From positions 1 to 53,620 of IMG/VR virus record IMGVR_UViG_3300032323_001239: 53,620 nucleotides of DNA; one strand, given 5' to 3'. A program made the position numbers and the translations under genes. The stretch comes from a virus. Taxonomy: Duplodnaviria > Caudoviricetes. The notes beneath the pieces were generated by a model. It saw only the letters and a program-made list of their open reading frames with translations. It had not been told where the DNA came from and did not search any database. This document shows positions 20,087 to 30,530 of this stretch, piece by piece; the stretch's first letter is position 1, and each line of letters opens with the position of its first letter.

Positions 20087-21348
20087 ATACAGAAGCAACG
20101 TTAATTTCTGCCGTATGTAAGAATAAAGATATCAGCACCCTGCTAGCAGATAATGTTGATGAGCTGTTTACATCTCACAGGGATATCTGGGAAAGCCTTA
20201 AGAGTTACTATTATAAATTTAAAGCAGTACCTGAAGCTGGCATTCTTGTAGAAAGACATAAAGATTTTGAGCCAGTGGATGCAAAAGCAGAAACAGGTTA
20301 CTACCTAGATCAATTAAAGAATGAGTTTATATCCAATAGGCTAAAATCTATTTTGATTCGTGGAGGATCCGCTCTTAAAGAAGATGCAGCATCAAGAGTT
20401 CTTGCAAAACTACAAAGCGATTTGGCTGGACTAAGTAGGTTTACAAACAACGTAAGAGACTTAGATATTATTGATGTTGAAAGTGCAGCAAGACACTATG
20501 AGTCTGTTAAAGAGCGATCATCTGTTATGGGCGGGGCACCAGGAATCCTAACTGGATTTAGCGCCATCGATAAAGCATATCCTACTGGAATGGCTCCAGG
20601 ACATTTAATTGTTGCTATTGGTTGGCCAGGAAAAGGTAAGACGTGGTTTACTTCATACTTAGCTTGTAAGGCATGGGAGCAAGGCTTTAAGCCTATGATT
20701 GTATCTCTAGAAATGTCTCCAGAAAACATGCGTGACCGTATCTTTACAATGCTTGGCTCTGGAATATTTAAGGCAAGTGATTTGTCAAAAGGTGATGTAA
20801 ACATTGATGACTTTAGAAATTGGGGAAACAAAAAGTTTGAAGGTAAGGGTAGCTTTATATTGATTTCAAATGAAGGTGCAGCAGAAGTAACTCCTGCAAC
20901 CATTCAGGGCAAGATTGATCAGCACAAGCCAGACCTAGTTATTCTTGATTACCACCAATTGTTTAATGATAACAAGCGAAGCAATTCAGAAGTTGAAAGA
21001 AATAGAAACGTATCTCGTGAATTTAAAATGCTTGCGGTATCTAACAATATTCCAATCATTGATATTACAGCGGCTACAGCAGACGATGTGTCTGATCAAG
21101 ATAATCCACCTATGATGTCTCAGGTAGCATGGTCTAAAGCTATCGAGTATGATGCAGACATGGCTTTGGCGGTTCATAGATATCCTCAAACAAATATGAT
21201 TGAGATCGTATCTAGAAAGAATAGACACGGTCATGATTTTAATTTCTATTTAGACTGGGATATCAATCGTGGTATCGTCAAGGAAATTTACGAGAATCCG
21301 TTTGATAATGAATCACAAGCCGATAAAAAGATTCCAAGTAAGGGTTGA
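20083..21348 (+). CDS. dnaB: DnaB-like replicative helicase
   Basis: Walker A GWPGKGKT; SLEM, ILDYHQL, IEYDAD and KNRHG motifs. Confidence 0.95.
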   Translation: MNTEATLISAVCKNKDISTLLADNVDELFTSHRDIWESLKSYYYKFKAVPEAGILVERHKDFEPVDAKAETGYYLDQLKNEFISNRLKSILIRGGSALKEDAASRVLAKLQSDLAGLSRFTNNVRDLDIIDVESAARHYESVKERSSVMGGAPGILTGFSAIDKAYPTGMAPGHLIVAIGWPGKGKTWFTSYLACKAWEQGFKPMIVSLEMSPENMRDRIFTMLGSGIFKASDLSKGDVNIDDFRNWGNKKFEGKGSFILISNEGAAEVTPATIQGKIDQHKPDLVILDYHQLFNDNKRSNSEVERNRNVSREFKMLAVSNNIPIIDITAATADDVSDQDNPPMMSQVAWSKAIEYDADMALAVHRYPQTNMIEIVSRKNRHGHDFNFYLDWDINRGIVKEIYENPFDNESQADKKIPSKG

Positions 21349-21610
21349 GTTTGCTGACGATTCTGGTATACCTAGATTAAAATACCAGTATGAAAGCATG
21401 TTGACCCATGACATGAGGAGCAAAGGGTATGTTAGAGTACTTGACATAGACACTAGTTTTTCGATAGAATTTGACGGTCAAACGTGGGTGTTCTTAATGA
21501 CACTTTACGGAGTATATGTAGGAAAGAAGAAGGCATGGCAATCAGAGGGCATAACGCAAGGGAAGCTAGTACCACGCAGTATGCGCCCAACCACATCAAG
21601 TCTATCGTAA
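21308..21610 (+). CDS. Hypothetical protein
   Basis: ORF overlapping the helicase end and the primase start; ATG at 21308 chosen. Confidence 0.6.
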   Translation: MNHKPIKRFQVRVEFADDSGIPRLKYQYESMLTHDMRSKGYVRVLDIDTSFSIEFDGQTWVFLMTLYGVYVGKKKAWQSEGITQGKLVPRSMRPTTSSLS

Positions 21611-22533
21611 AAAGCCTTGGACTAGATATAGTTGCGGAACCAGGTAATGAGGTTATGTTTTACTGCCCATTTCATTCTAATAGGCACACTGCGTCTTGCT
21701 GCATAAATAAAAGTTCTGGTGCATGGTTATGCTTTAACCCATCTTGCGGAGAAACTGGAACCCTAACAGAGCTTGTAAAGCGTGTACTACATAAAAATGA
21801 TTTTGAAGCCATGAGATTTATATCTGCACAAGAGACAGAGGTTTTAAATAATTTCGATGAGATGATGGCTGGAATGTTTGAAGAAAAGCCAGACTTTGAA
21901 GAGTTTCCACAAGAAACATTAGACAGGCTGCACCTAGAACTTGCAGTAAGCCAATCAGCAAAAGACTATTTAAAATCAAGAGGAATTCATCAAGAAGCTT
22001 ATGATTATTTTAAGCTAGGATACTCATCGTCTATGAATATGGTTGTGACTCCAGTTCATAGCCCAGACGGAACTCCAATAGGTTTAGTCGGAAGATCTAT
22101 TGAGGGAAAGTCTTTTAAAAATAGCACAAACCTTCCTAAGAGCAAAACACTTTTTAATGTACATCGTGCAAAAAAGATAGGAGATAACGTAATAGTTGTA
22201 GAGTCTAACTTTGATGCCATTAGGATTCATCAAGCGGGATTTCCAAACGTGGTCGCCACGCTTGGAGGATTCTTATCTATAGATCAACATAATTTATTAA
22301 ATAGATATTTTAACAAGATAATTATAATGACAGACTCAGATTTAGCTGGCAGAGAGCTTGGCTTGAGCATAGCTAATAGATTAAAAAATAAAGACATCTT
22401 GTGGTCTTCTTATGAATATGGTAAGATATATCCTCATGATGCAAAAGATGCTGGCGATATGACTGATGAAGAGATTAAAGCCTGTATTAAAAATTCTGTA
22501 TCCGATATAGAATACAGATCCTGGAACTCGTGA
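21535..22533 (+). CDS. dnaG: DNA primase (CHC2 zinc finger + TOPRIM)
   Basis: CPFH..CFNPSC zinc finger; VVESNFDA, TDSDLAG and KDAGD motifs; start codon uncertain. Confidence 0.92.
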   Translation: MAIRGHNAREASTTQYAPNHIKSIVKSLGLDIVAEPGNEVMFYCPFHSNRHTASCCINKSSGAWLCFNPSCGETGTLTELVKRVLHKNDFEAMRFISAQETEVLNNFDEMMAGMFEEKPDFEEFPQETLDRLHLELAVSQSAKDYLKSRGIHQEAYDYFKLGYSSSMNMVVTPVHSPDGTPIGLVGRSIEGKSFKNSTNLPKSKTLFNVHRAKKIGDNVIVVESNFDAIRIHQAGFPNVVATLGGFLSIDQHNLLNRYFNKIIIMTDSDLAGRELGLSIANRLKNKDILWSSYEYGKIYPHDAKDAGDMTDEEIKACIKNSVSDIEYRSWNS

Positions 22534-22583
22534 TATAATAAAAATACAGATGGATATATACCATCAACTACTAAGGAGAATAT

Positions 22584-23255
22584 ATGAGTATAGTAAAGGG
22601 TCTAAAAGACCTTAACAAAGCGCTAGATAAGCCTAGCTACAGTGGCGGAGATGAAAACAAAGGCCGTTGGCTAAAGGTTGAAGATGGTGAGAGCGTAAAG
22701 ATTCGATTCTTACAAGAATTAGATCCAGACTCACCTAACTATAATGATAAGCTCGGATGCGGATTTATTGCGCTAGAGCACACAAACCCAAAGGATTACC
22801 GTCGCAAGGCTCTAGATACAATGGAGTCTGAAGGCCGTGACTGGGCAAACGAACAACACCGCAAGGATCCAAAGGCTGGATGGAAAGCAAGAACACGCCT
22901 TTATATTAATGTCCTAGTTGATGATGGTAAGGAAGAGCCGTATGTTGCAATTCTTTCACAAGGCACAAGCGGAAAGACAATCACACCTACCTTGATTGAG
23001 TACGCTGGCGAAATGGGAAGCATCACAAATTTGATGTGGAGAATTAAGCGCAACGGTTCAAAGACAGACACAAGTTATACAATTATCCCACTAGCAAAAG
23101 ATGAGACTCCTTTTGACTCGTCTGGACTAGAATTGTTTGACTTAGAAAAAACAGCAGTGCGTCACGTTACATATGCAGAGCAAGAAGCTTTCTACATGGG
23201 CGAAGGCGCACACGCAGAAGAGTCTTCATCTTCTTCTAGTAGCGTAGACTGGTAA
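22584..23255 (+). CDS. ssb: Single-stranded DNA-binding protein (gp32-like)
   Basis: Lies between primase and polymerase; WLKVEDGESVKIRF and IKRNG..TDTSY motifs; acidic/Ser tail ending in W; strong SD. Confidence 0.75.
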   Translation: MSIVKGLKDLNKALDKPSYSGGDENKGRWLKVEDGESVKIRFLQELDPDSPNYNDKLGCGFIALEHTNPKDYRRKALDTMESEGRDWANEQHRKDPKAGWKARTRLYINVLVDDGKEEPYVAILSQGTSGKTITPTLIEYAGEMGSITNLMWRIKRNGSKTDTSYTIIPLAKDETPFDSSGLELFDLEKTAVRHVTYAEQEAFYMGEGAHAEESSSSSSSVDW

Positions 23256-23264
23256 TATAAATAT

Positions 23265-23309
23265 AAGCAGGGCCAGTCTATTGACTGGCTCTGCTTTATT
23301 TAGTAGAAT
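23265..23309 (+). terminator. Terminator hairpin overlapping a promoter
   Basis: AAGCAGGGCCAGTC-TATT-GACTGGCTCTGCTTT hairpin; TTGACT(23281)-17-TAGAAT(23304) overlaps it. Confidence 0.7.
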
Positions 23310-23316
23310 ACATAAT

Positions 23317-23523
23317 ATGATTTCATACGACATACCAGACCCATTTGAAACTTTTGTTTCCAATAAGTATAAAAATTATGTAGGGGCAGTGTATGATTTT
23401 TTTGCCAGGGAATGGCATATGAAGTGTGGGTGTTGCAAAGAAGATTTATATGCACCAACTAAAAAGATTATGACAAAGGTTAGACTTTATCATACTAGAA
23501 ATGAATGCTGCGGGGGTTATTAA
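23317..23523 (+). CDS. Hypothetical Cys-rich protein
   Basis: ATG 7 nt after the TAGAAT box; CGCC and H..C residues. Confidence 0.6.
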   Translation: MISYDIPDPFETFVSNKYKNYVGAVYDFFAREWHMKCGCCKEDLYAPTKKIMTKVRLYHTRNECCGGY

Positions 23524-26500
23524 TGAGCTTTACACATTTACATGTTCATTCTTACTACTCTTTGATGGACGGATTAAATTCTCCGCTTGAGCTTGTTCAA
23601 GCAGCAAAAGCAGCAGGACAAACAGCAATTGCTATTACTGATCACGGAACATTGTCTTCGCATCGTGAAATGCAAATAGCTTGTAGGGAAGAAGGCATTA
23701 AGCCGATCCTTGGAGTAGAAGCGTATATCTCGCCAACAGATAGATTTGATCGCTCCTCTAAAACAGATAAATCAATTCAGGCGTATAATCATATTATCCT
23801 TCTTGCCAAGAATAAGAAGGGCCTAGAAAATATAAATATTTTACAGGAATTAGCATGGAATGAAGGCTTTTATCATAAGCCACGTATTGATAGAGAGGTA
23901 TTGAGTTTATATGCGGAAGGTATTATCGTTCTTTCTGGATGTCTTAATGGACTTATTAGTAAGTGCATTGAACGCCAGGAATTCTCGGAAGCAAAGCTTT
24001 TACTCAAAGATTTTAAAAAAACTTTTGGCGAAGACTTTTACATTGAGGTCCAGTCTCATAACCCACAAGAAACAAACTCGAAACTATTAGAATTAGCAGA
24101 TGAACTAAACATTAAGGCGGTAGCGACAGGCGACGCACACTTTGCTAAGGAAGAAGATCGTGTCCTAGAAGAAGCAATGCTTATATTATCAACGTCTCCA
24201 AAGATGGATAAAGATGCAGACTTCGATATGTCTAGAAACATTAAGGATATTAATGATAGATTAAACTATTTATATCCAGATAGAAGAATATCATTTCAGG
24301 ACTATAATTTATTTATTCAAACTCGTGAGGAAATTCAAGCTGATTTCGTAAAGGCTGGAATAAACAGAACTGATATTTATGAAAATACAATCGAGATTGC
24401 TAATAAGGTAGGCTCATACGACTTTAATCAGGGTCTAGACCTTCTGCCAGTACCTAAAACAGATGCCGATGAAAGACTAAGGGAGCTATCTGAAAAGGGC
24501 TTAGAGAGGCTTCAGAAGGCTTCAGATCCAATTTATAGAGAGCGTATCGAAGAAGAGTTATCTGTTATTGCATCAAAAAACTTTGCCTCATATTTCTTGG
24601 TTGTAGCAGATATGATTAACTGGGCTAAAGATAATGATATTCGTGTCGGTCCTGGTCGTGGATCCGCAGCAGGTTCATTGGTTTGCTACGCCCTTGGAAT
24701 TACAGACGTAGATCCAATTAAATATGATTTACTTTTCTTTAGATTTATTAACCCAGAACGAAATGACTTTCCTGATATTGATACGGATTTTGAAGACCGT
24801 CGAAGAAAAGAAGTTAAAGATTATTTAAAGAAGAAGTTTAAACACGTTGCATCTATTTCTACATACACTTATTTTAAAGACAAGGGTGTTGTTAGAGATG
24901 CGGCTCGTGTATTTATGGTTCCCCTTTCAGACGTTAATCGTGCAATGAAGTCTATTGACACCTTTGAAGATTTTATTGAATCTCCAAACACTAAAGAGTT
25001 TAGAACTAAGTATCCTGAAGTTGTTTGGTTAGCCGAAAGACTACGTGGCCGCATTCGTTCAGTTGGAGTACATGCTGCTGGTGTGGTCGTTGCCAAAGAT
25101 GATCTTAGAAAATTTGCTCCAGTGGAGTCTAGAGAAGATGCACAGGATAAGGTATCAGGAAGAATTCCAGTCGTCGCATACGACATGGATACGGTTGCGG
25201 ATATAGGTCTTATTAAACTAGATGCACTAGGACTTAAGACCTTATCTGTAATGTCTGACACACTTAAGTCTATTAAATCAAGAACCAATAAGGATATTAA
25301 TCTGTCTGATATCACAATGGATGACCCAAAGGTTTACAAAATGCTTAGCGATGGTTACACAAAAGGCGTGTTCCAAGCTGAAGCAACGCCATACACTAAT
25401 CTTCTTATCAAGATGGGTGTAGACAAGTTTGAAGATCTTGCTGCATCAAACGCATTAGTTCGTCCAGGCGCAATGAATACTGTCGGTGCTTCATACATTA
25501 AACGTAAGCACGGAGATGAAGCAGTTCAGTTTATTCATCCAATTATGAAGCCTTTTACTGAGAATACATACGGTGTTATTATATATCAAGAGCAGGTTAT
25601 GCAGGCATGCGTACACCTGGGCGGCATGACTTGGTCAGAGGCTGATAAGGTCCGCAAGATTATTGGAAAGAAGAAAGATGCAAAAGAGTTCGACCAGTTC
25701 AAAGATCGTTTTATTGATGGGGCTTCAAAACACATTTCTAAGAAACAAGCAGAGACACTCTGGCAAACATTTGAGGCGCATGCTGGGTATTCGTTTAATC
25801 GTTCCCACGCTGTTGCTTACTCTATGTTATATTACTATGCTGCTTGGCTCAAAACTTATTACCCTCTGGAGTTCATGTTCTCGATTCTTAAGAACGAAAA
25901 CGACAAAGACGCAAGAACCGAATATTTAATTGAAGCCAAGAGATTAGGCCTTCGTGTATCTCTTCCTCACATTAACGAGTCGGATATATATTTCTCTTTG
26001 CAAAAAGATAGAATTGTATTTGGTTTAGCTGAAGTTAAATTTATTTCTGATAGCATTGCTAATAAGATTATTGATCAAAGACCGTTTACAAGCTATGCAG
26101 ATTTTATAGAAAAATCTTCTAAAAAGGGAAGCGGAATTAATAGCCGTGCAATCGCTGCGTTAAATGCAATTGGTGGTGCGGCATTTGACGATAACCCTAG
26201 AAGCGGTAATGAAAAAGATAATTATTATGAGTATCTAGGAATTCCTACTTTTAATCTAGAAGGAATACCTCCAAGAATTAAAGCACAAGCAAGGCCAATC
26301 GAAGACTTTGAAGACCTAGGTTCCTTTGTAATGTTTGGTATGGTTAAGTCAATCAAGCGTGGCAATGGCTGGGCTAGAGTCGAATTAGTAGATGAAACTG
26401 GATCAATTGGTTTGTTCCATAACGAGCAGACTCAGATTGAAACAAACCAGATGTATTTTATTTTAGTTGGAGATAATAGAATTGCTAGATATATTAAGGT

Positions 26501-26792
26501 GTCTGATATAGATCCAAAGTCAGATGACCTGTTTGTTGATTATCTATATAGAAAAGAATATGATTTAGAAGATGAAGAGTATACCGTAATTAACTTTACG
26601 CCATATACAACTAAAGCAGGAAAGACAATGAGCCATATAGTGTTGTCTAATAAAGATAAGGAATTAACAAGAGTAATTGTATTCCCAACTATGTATAAGT
26701 TTTCTCTCGCTAAAATGCGTGAAGGAATGAAATGTAAGCCAGTATTGTCTACGTTAGATGATGGAACGCTTATGGTAAAGGAGATAAAATGA
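23523..26792 (+). CDS. dnaE: DNA polymerase III alpha subunit (DnaE-like)
   Basis: PHP domain HLHVHSYYS and ITDHG; GRGSAAGS; PDIDTD catalytic motif; YSFNRSH. Confidence 0.97.
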   Translation: MSFTHLHVHSYYSLMDGLNSPLELVQAAKAAGQTAIAITDHGTLSSHREMQIACREEGIKPILGVEAYISPTDRFDRSSKTDKSIQAYNHIILLAKNKKGLENINILQELAWNEGFYHKPRIDREVLSLYAEGIIVLSGCLNGLISKCIERQEFSEAKLLLKDFKKTFGEDFYIEVQSHNPQETNSKLLELADELNIKAVATGDAHFAKEEDRVLEEAMLILSTSPKMDKDADFDMSRNIKDINDRLNYLYPDRRISFQDYNLFIQTREEIQADFVKAGINRTDIYENTIEIANKVGSYDFNQGLDLLPVPKTDADERLRELSEKGLERLQKASDPIYRERIEEELSVIASKNFASYFLVVADMINWAKDNDIRVGPGRGSAAGSLVCYALGITDVDPIKYDLLFFRFINPERNDFPDIDTDFEDRRRKEVKDYLKKKFKHVASISTYTYFKDKGVVRDAARVFMVPLSDVNRAMKSIDTFEDFIESPNTKEFRTKYPEVVWLAERLRGRIRSVGVHAAGVVVAKDDLRKFAPVESREDAQDKVSGRIPVVAYDMDTVADIGLIKLDALGLKTLSVMSDTLKSIKSRTNKDINLSDITMDDPKVYKMLSDGYTKGVFQAEATPYTNLLIKMGVDKFEDLAASNALVRPGAMNTVGASYIKRKHGDEAVQFIHPIMKPFTENTYGVIIYQEQVMQACVHLGGMTWSEADKVRKIIGKKKDAKEFDQFKDRFIDGASKHISKKQAETLWQTFEAHAGYSFNRSHAVAYSMLYYYAAWLKTYYPLEFMFSILKNENDKDARTEYLIEAKRLGLRVSLPHINESDIYFSLQKDRIVFGLAEVKFISDSIANKIIDQRPFTSYADFIEKSSKKGSGINSRAIAALNAIGGAAFDDNPRSGNEKDNYYEYLGIPTFNLEGIPPRIKAQARPIEDFEDLGSFVMFGMVKSIKRGNGWARVELVDETGSIGLFHNEQTQIETNQMYFILVGDNRIARYIKVSDIDPKSDDLFVDYLYRKEYDLEDEEYTVINFTPYTTKAGKTMSHIVLSNKDKELTRVIVFPTMYKFSLAKMREGMKCKPVLSTLDDGTLMVKEIK

Positions 26793-27067
26793 CAGAGCAA
26801 TATGATATAAATGAAGTACAAGCATCCTTAACTGCAAGCAAAGTTCTTGTTGCAATTCTTGAAACTTTGGGTGAAGTTAGGGTAGAAACAAAGGTGCTGG
26901 TTGGTGCCGAAAACAAAGACAAGGAATTAATTGTTGACTATGACGAAAATGGTCCAGCTTTTATTTTTAGACTTCCACGTGAAGGTGATTTTGAATTCAA
27001 TGCAGATTTGATTGAAGAAGCAAATATAACTCAAGAAAATACGGATCTAATTAATGACTTCGAATAA
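26789..27067 (+). CDS. Hypothetical acidic protein
   Basis: Coupled ORF with SD AAGGAG. Confidence 0.65.
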   Translation: MTEQYDINEVQASLTASKVLVAILETLGEVRVETKVLVGAENKDKELIVDYDENGPAFIFRLPREGDFEFNADLIEEANITQENTDLINDFE

Positions 27068-27401
27068 CTTGGTTACAGAATACGGACTGGATGCTTTGGC
27101 AGCCATATTGCACGAAACTGCAATTGAAAAGGGATTTTGGGACGGAACAATTAATTACGATAAAGTTGGTAATAAGTTAGCCCTAGTCCATTCAGAAGTT
27201 ACAGAAGTGCTTGAAGCAATTAGAAAAAATAAGGGGTCAGAAGAAGTTGTTGAAGAGATGGCAGATGTAATTATTAGATTACTTGATATCTATGCAGCAA
27301 TGAGAAATTCAGGAGATTTAATACACAGCCTAGACGAAGTTCTAGAAAATAAAATTAATATAAATAAGGAACGCCCAAAGCTTCACGGAAATTTATTTTA
27401 A
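27054..27401 (+). CDS. mazG: MazG-like nucleotide pyrophosphohydrolase
   Basis: LALVHSEVTEVLEA..EEMADVIIR (ExxE/EExxD) motifs. Confidence 0.85.
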   Translation: MTSNNLVTEYGLDALAAILHETAIEKGFWDGTINYDKVGNKLALVHSEVTEVLEAIRKNKGSEEVVEEMADVIIRLLDIYAAMRNSGDLIHSLDEVLENKININKERPKLHGNLF

Positions 27402-27431
27402 TGCTATACTGTAGAAAAGAGAGAGTATAAG

Positions 27432-28436
27432 ATGACAATAAGCATAGATTCAATTTTAGCAAAACTAGATCCAAAAACTAGAGCTCGTGTGCAGTCAGCA
27501 CAAGATATTCAAATTGAAAAGCAATTGACCCCAAGCATTGGACTTAACTTTGCACTAAGGGGCGGTCTTGGATATGGAAGACAGGCTTTGGTCTGGGGAA
27601 ATAAGTCAGCTGGAAAATCTTCATTTTGTTTACAGATGATTGCTCTCGCACAAAAAGAAGGAAAGACATGTGCTTGGATCGATGCTGAGGCATCATATGA
27701 TCAGGTATGGGCAGAAAAGCTGGGAGTAGATTCTTCTTCCCTTATTTATTCTCCAGCAAAAACAGTAAATGATATGGTAGATGTTGCTACAAAACTAATG
27801 GATGCTGAAGTAGATCTAATTGTTGTTGACTCTATCTCTGCATTACTACCAGCAATTTATTTTGAAAAAGATGGAAATGAAATGAAGGATTTGCAGGATA
27901 CGAAGCAAATCGGCGCAGAAGCAAAGGATATGACCCACGCAGTCAAAATGTTAAACTATGCAAACAAAAACACACTACTTGTTCTCATCTCACAACAACG
28001 AAATCAATTTGGATCTATGCATGCTAGTCACATCCCAACAGGTGGCATGGCAGTCAAGTTCTTTTCTTCCACTGTCATTAAACTCTGGTCGTCTGAAGCT
28101 GAGGCGAATGCTATTAAATCTGGGGTTAAAGTTGGCGACAAGATCATTGAACAAAGAGTTGGAAGGCCAGTTAACTGGATTATTGATTACAACAAACTCG
28201 GTCCCCCAAATTTATCAGGACAGTACGACTTTTACTACCAAGGGGAAACTCTTGGTGTAGACAGAGTTGGAGAAACTTTAGATGTTGCAGAAATGTGTGG
28301 CATTGTAGAAAAGGGTGGAGCCTGGTACACTGTTAATGGAGAGCGCTTTCAGGGACGTGCAAAGGCTGTTGCTTACTTAAAAGAAAACCCTGATGTTGTA
28401 GAAAAAATAGTTGAGGAAATTGATGCCAAATATTAA
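27432..28436 (+). CDS. recA: RecA/UvsX-like recombinase
   Basis: GNKSAGKS, WIDAE, IVVDSI, PTGGMAVKFFSS and GGAWY motifs. Confidence 0.95.
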   Translation: MTISIDSILAKLDPKTRARVQSAQDIQIEKQLTPSIGLNFALRGGLGYGRQALVWGNKSAGKSSFCLQMIALAQKEGKTCAWIDAEASYDQVWAEKLGVDSSSLIYSPAKTVNDMVDVATKLMDAEVDLIVVDSISALLPAIYFEKDGNEMKDLQDTKQIGAEAKDMTHAVKMLNYANKNTLLVLISQQRNQFGSMHASHIPTGGMAVKFFSSTVIKLWSSEAEANAIKSGVKVGDKIIEQRVGRPVNWIIDYNKLGPPNLSGQYDFYYQGETLGVDRVGETLDVAEMCGIVEKGGAWYTVNGERFQGRAKAVAYLKENPDVVEKIVEEIDAKY

Positions 28437-28611
28437 TGAGTTCTTGGGTAAACCAGAAAAAATGTTTAGGTCTGAAGTAGAAAGAATGATTGGCACTAAG
28501 CCATGTTCTAAATGCGATAAGGACGTGCAGGAATTTTTTTGGGATGCCTTAAATATGACTATGTCATGGGAATGCCCAGACGGTCACAAGAATTCAGTGC
28601 AGGTTGGCTAA
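28423..28611 (+). CDS. Small zinc-binding protein
   Basis: CSKC..CPDGH. Confidence 0.6.
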   Translation: MPNINEFLGKPEKMFRSEVERMIGTKPCSKCDKDVQEFFWDALNMTMSWECPDGHKNSVQVG

Positions 28612-28925
28612 TGTCAGAAAAATCAGAAGTAAAACGTGACGGGGCTAAGGCTCAAAAGAATAGTGGAAGAGGAGATTACCAAAAAGGTGACGCTCAATGG
28701 AAGCAATTTCTTGTTGATTACAAAGAGGCAGGTAAATCATTTACTTTAAATAAAGATAACTGGGCAAAGATTTGTACAGATACATTTAAAGTAAATAGAG
28801 ATATGCACCCAGCATTAAAGATTATTATAGGGGCAGAGTCTAAGGTTAGACTAGGCATTATAGAGTGGTCAGTTCTTGAAGAGCTGATTCAATTTTGGGA
28901 GGACAACAATGGCGAACAAGCGTAG
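28611..28925 (+). CDS. Hjc-like PD-(D/E)xK nuclease / resolvase
   Basis: E..NSG..KGD..VDYK..SF pattern. Confidence 0.65.
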   Translation: MSEKSEVKRDGAKAQKNSGRGDYQKGDAQWKQFLVDYKEAGKSFTLNKDNWAKICTDTFKVNRDMHPALKIIIGAESKVRLGIIEWSVLEELIQFWEDNNGEQA

Positions 28926-29037
28926 GTTTAACGACACAATTATTAAAAATGGAATGATTATTAAAATTCGTAAAGACGGAACAGTTAGGTCAGTGGTTGG
29001 CCCATACATAGTTAATCACAAGAAAGAAAAAAAGTGA
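28909..29037 (+). CDS. Small basic protein (42 aa; not in ORF track)
   Basis: MANKRRFNDTIIKNGMIIKIRKDGTVRSVVGPY..; SD GGAGG. Confidence 0.55.
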   Translation: MANKRRFNDTIIKNGMIIKIRKDGTVRSVVGPYIVNHKKEKK

Positions 29038-29138
29038 CAGGCTTTTTGCTAGGATGTATGCTTGGATTTGTAATTGGATATGCCGTAGGTTTATTCATAG
29101 ATAAGATAGATAAGAGGATTAAAGATGGCAGACGATAA
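29034..29138 (+). CDS. Single-pass membrane microprotein (34 aa; not in ORF track)
   Basis: GTG start with GTGA overlap; GFLLGCMLGFVIGYAVGLFI followed by a basic tail. Confidence 0.5.
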   Translation: MTGFLLGCMLGFVIGYAVGLFIDKIDKRIKDGRR

Positions 29139-29463
29139 GAACACGTTAGAGCTTATAAGCACAATAACAGAGTTTAACGATCTTCATGAGTTTATGGGTG
29201 ACGAACACCTGGACAAGGCGCTTTCTATTGTTGTAAAGCTGCTAATGAATCCAGACGTGCCGTCTGCCAAAGCCCCTATGCTAATCATGGAGCTTCAGGC
29301 AATGTCTACTAAGTTTGCTGTAATGTCATCTGTATATTCTACTATTGCTAAAGATAAAGCGGGAACCCCAAACAATAACAAGAAGAACGTATATTATTCA
29401 GTAAAGGAGTCCATAGACAAACTTGTAGATGCACTTAAGTATGTCGTTAGGTACAATTCATAA
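29125..29463 (+). CDS. Hypothetical helical protein
   Basis: ORF with SD GAGG in the recombination module. Confidence 0.65.
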   Translation: MADDKNTLELISTITEFNDLHEFMGDEHLDKALSIVVKLLMNPDVPSAKAPMLIMELQAMSTKFAVMSSVYSTIAKDKAGTPNNNKKNVYYSVKESIDKLVDALKYVVRYNS

Positions 29464-30252
29464 ATGGCTAGAGAAATAGTAAAGAACCTTAAGTTTAAGA
29501 AGCACACGGGAAAGTTTTTTGATCCTGAGCTATTTGCTCAATTGCTTGATGAGTCATATAGAAATACAAAACGTGCAGATGGTGAAATGACAAAGAAGTC
29601 ATTTAGCCCAAGTTCTCTTGGCTATGGTCACGGAACATGTCCTAGATATTGGTATATGGCATTTAGCGGAGCAATGTTTATTGATGATAACGATGCCGTT
29701 GCTGTTGCCAATATGGCCCAAGGAACTCAAGCACACGAAAGACTTCAGAATTTAATTAAAACAATGCCTCAATGGAAGGCTGAGGAAGAAGAGATCATCA
29801 ACGAGTATCCGCCTATCCGTGGGTTCATAGATTTAATTATGGAGTACGATGGCGAGACTGTAATTGGAGAAATCAAGACGGCTAAGCAAGAAGTTTGGGA
29901 TGCAAGGCAATCTGAAATGAAACCTACTCCAAACCACCTTCTCCAGCTGCTTACATATATGAAGCTTAAAAATGCCAAGGAAGGCTTCTTCCTGTATGAG
30001 AATAAGAATACTCAAGAGCTAATTGTTATACCTATTTCAATGAATGAAAGAAATAAAAAGATTATCGAGCACACATTTGAGTGGATGATAGAGGTCTGGG
30101 ATAACTTTAAGGATGGAGACATTCCAATGAAGCCTGATGGAGCAACAAAGTCTAAGCTTCCTTGTACTTACTGCCCAATTAAAAAAGAGTGTTACTCTAA
30201 AGACACCCCAGTAGGAACTATTAGAATAGATAGATTTGAGATACCTGCATAA
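29464..30252 (+). CDS. Cas4/RecB-family exonuclease
   Basis: SPSS..CPR, GTQAH, IRGFID, GEIKT, QLLTY and C-terminal CTYCPIKKEC Fe-S cysteines. Confidence 0.88.
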   Translation: MAREIVKNLKFKKHTGKFFDPELFAQLLDESYRNTKRADGEMTKKSFSPSSLGYGHGTCPRYWYMAFSGAMFIDDNDAVAVANMAQGTQAHERLQNLIKTMPQWKAEEEEIINEYPPIRGFIDLIMEYDGETVIGEIKTAKQEVWDARQSEMKPTPNHLLQLLTYMKLKNAKEGFFLYENKNTQELIVIPISMNERNKKIIEHTFEWMIEVWDNFKDGDIPMKPDGATKSKLPCTYCPIKKECYSKDTPVGTIRIDRFEIPA

Positions 30253-30530
30253 TGATTTGCTCTAACACTGAATGCAAAAAAGAATTTGAGCCAAAGACTC
30301 ATAATCAAAAATACTGTACAGATGAATGTTGCCGTGTTGCAACAAATAGAAGAATCATGGAAAAGTATTATGAAAAAAAAGCAATCAGAAGTGGTGCTGC
30401 TAGACCTTGCTCAAAGTGTAAGTCTCAGTTAAGTAGATACAACAATTCAAGTTTGTGTTCTACCTGTGAAAAAAGTATTAATATTGATACTAAAAACAAG
30501 CTATTTAGGATGATCAATGACATTAGCTAG
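30252..30530 (+). CDS. Zinc-finger protein
   Basis: CSNTEC..QKYCTDEC..CSKC..CSTC. Confidence 0.7.
   Translation: MICSNTECKKEFEPKTHNQKYCTDECCRVATNRRIMEKYYEKKAIRSGAARPCSKCKSQLSRYNNSSLCSTCEKSINIDTKNKLFRMINDIS

Noticed and set aside
21269-21610. Frameshift fusion of the 21308 ORF with the primase
   Set aside because: The primase frame contains both the zinc finger and TOPRIM domains and has its own plausible ATG at 21535, so a simple overlap is sufficient.
29464-30252. Cas4-like gene as evidence of CRISPR-Cas
   Set aside because: There are no other cas genes and no repeat-spacer array. It is a solo phage exonuclease in a recombination module.
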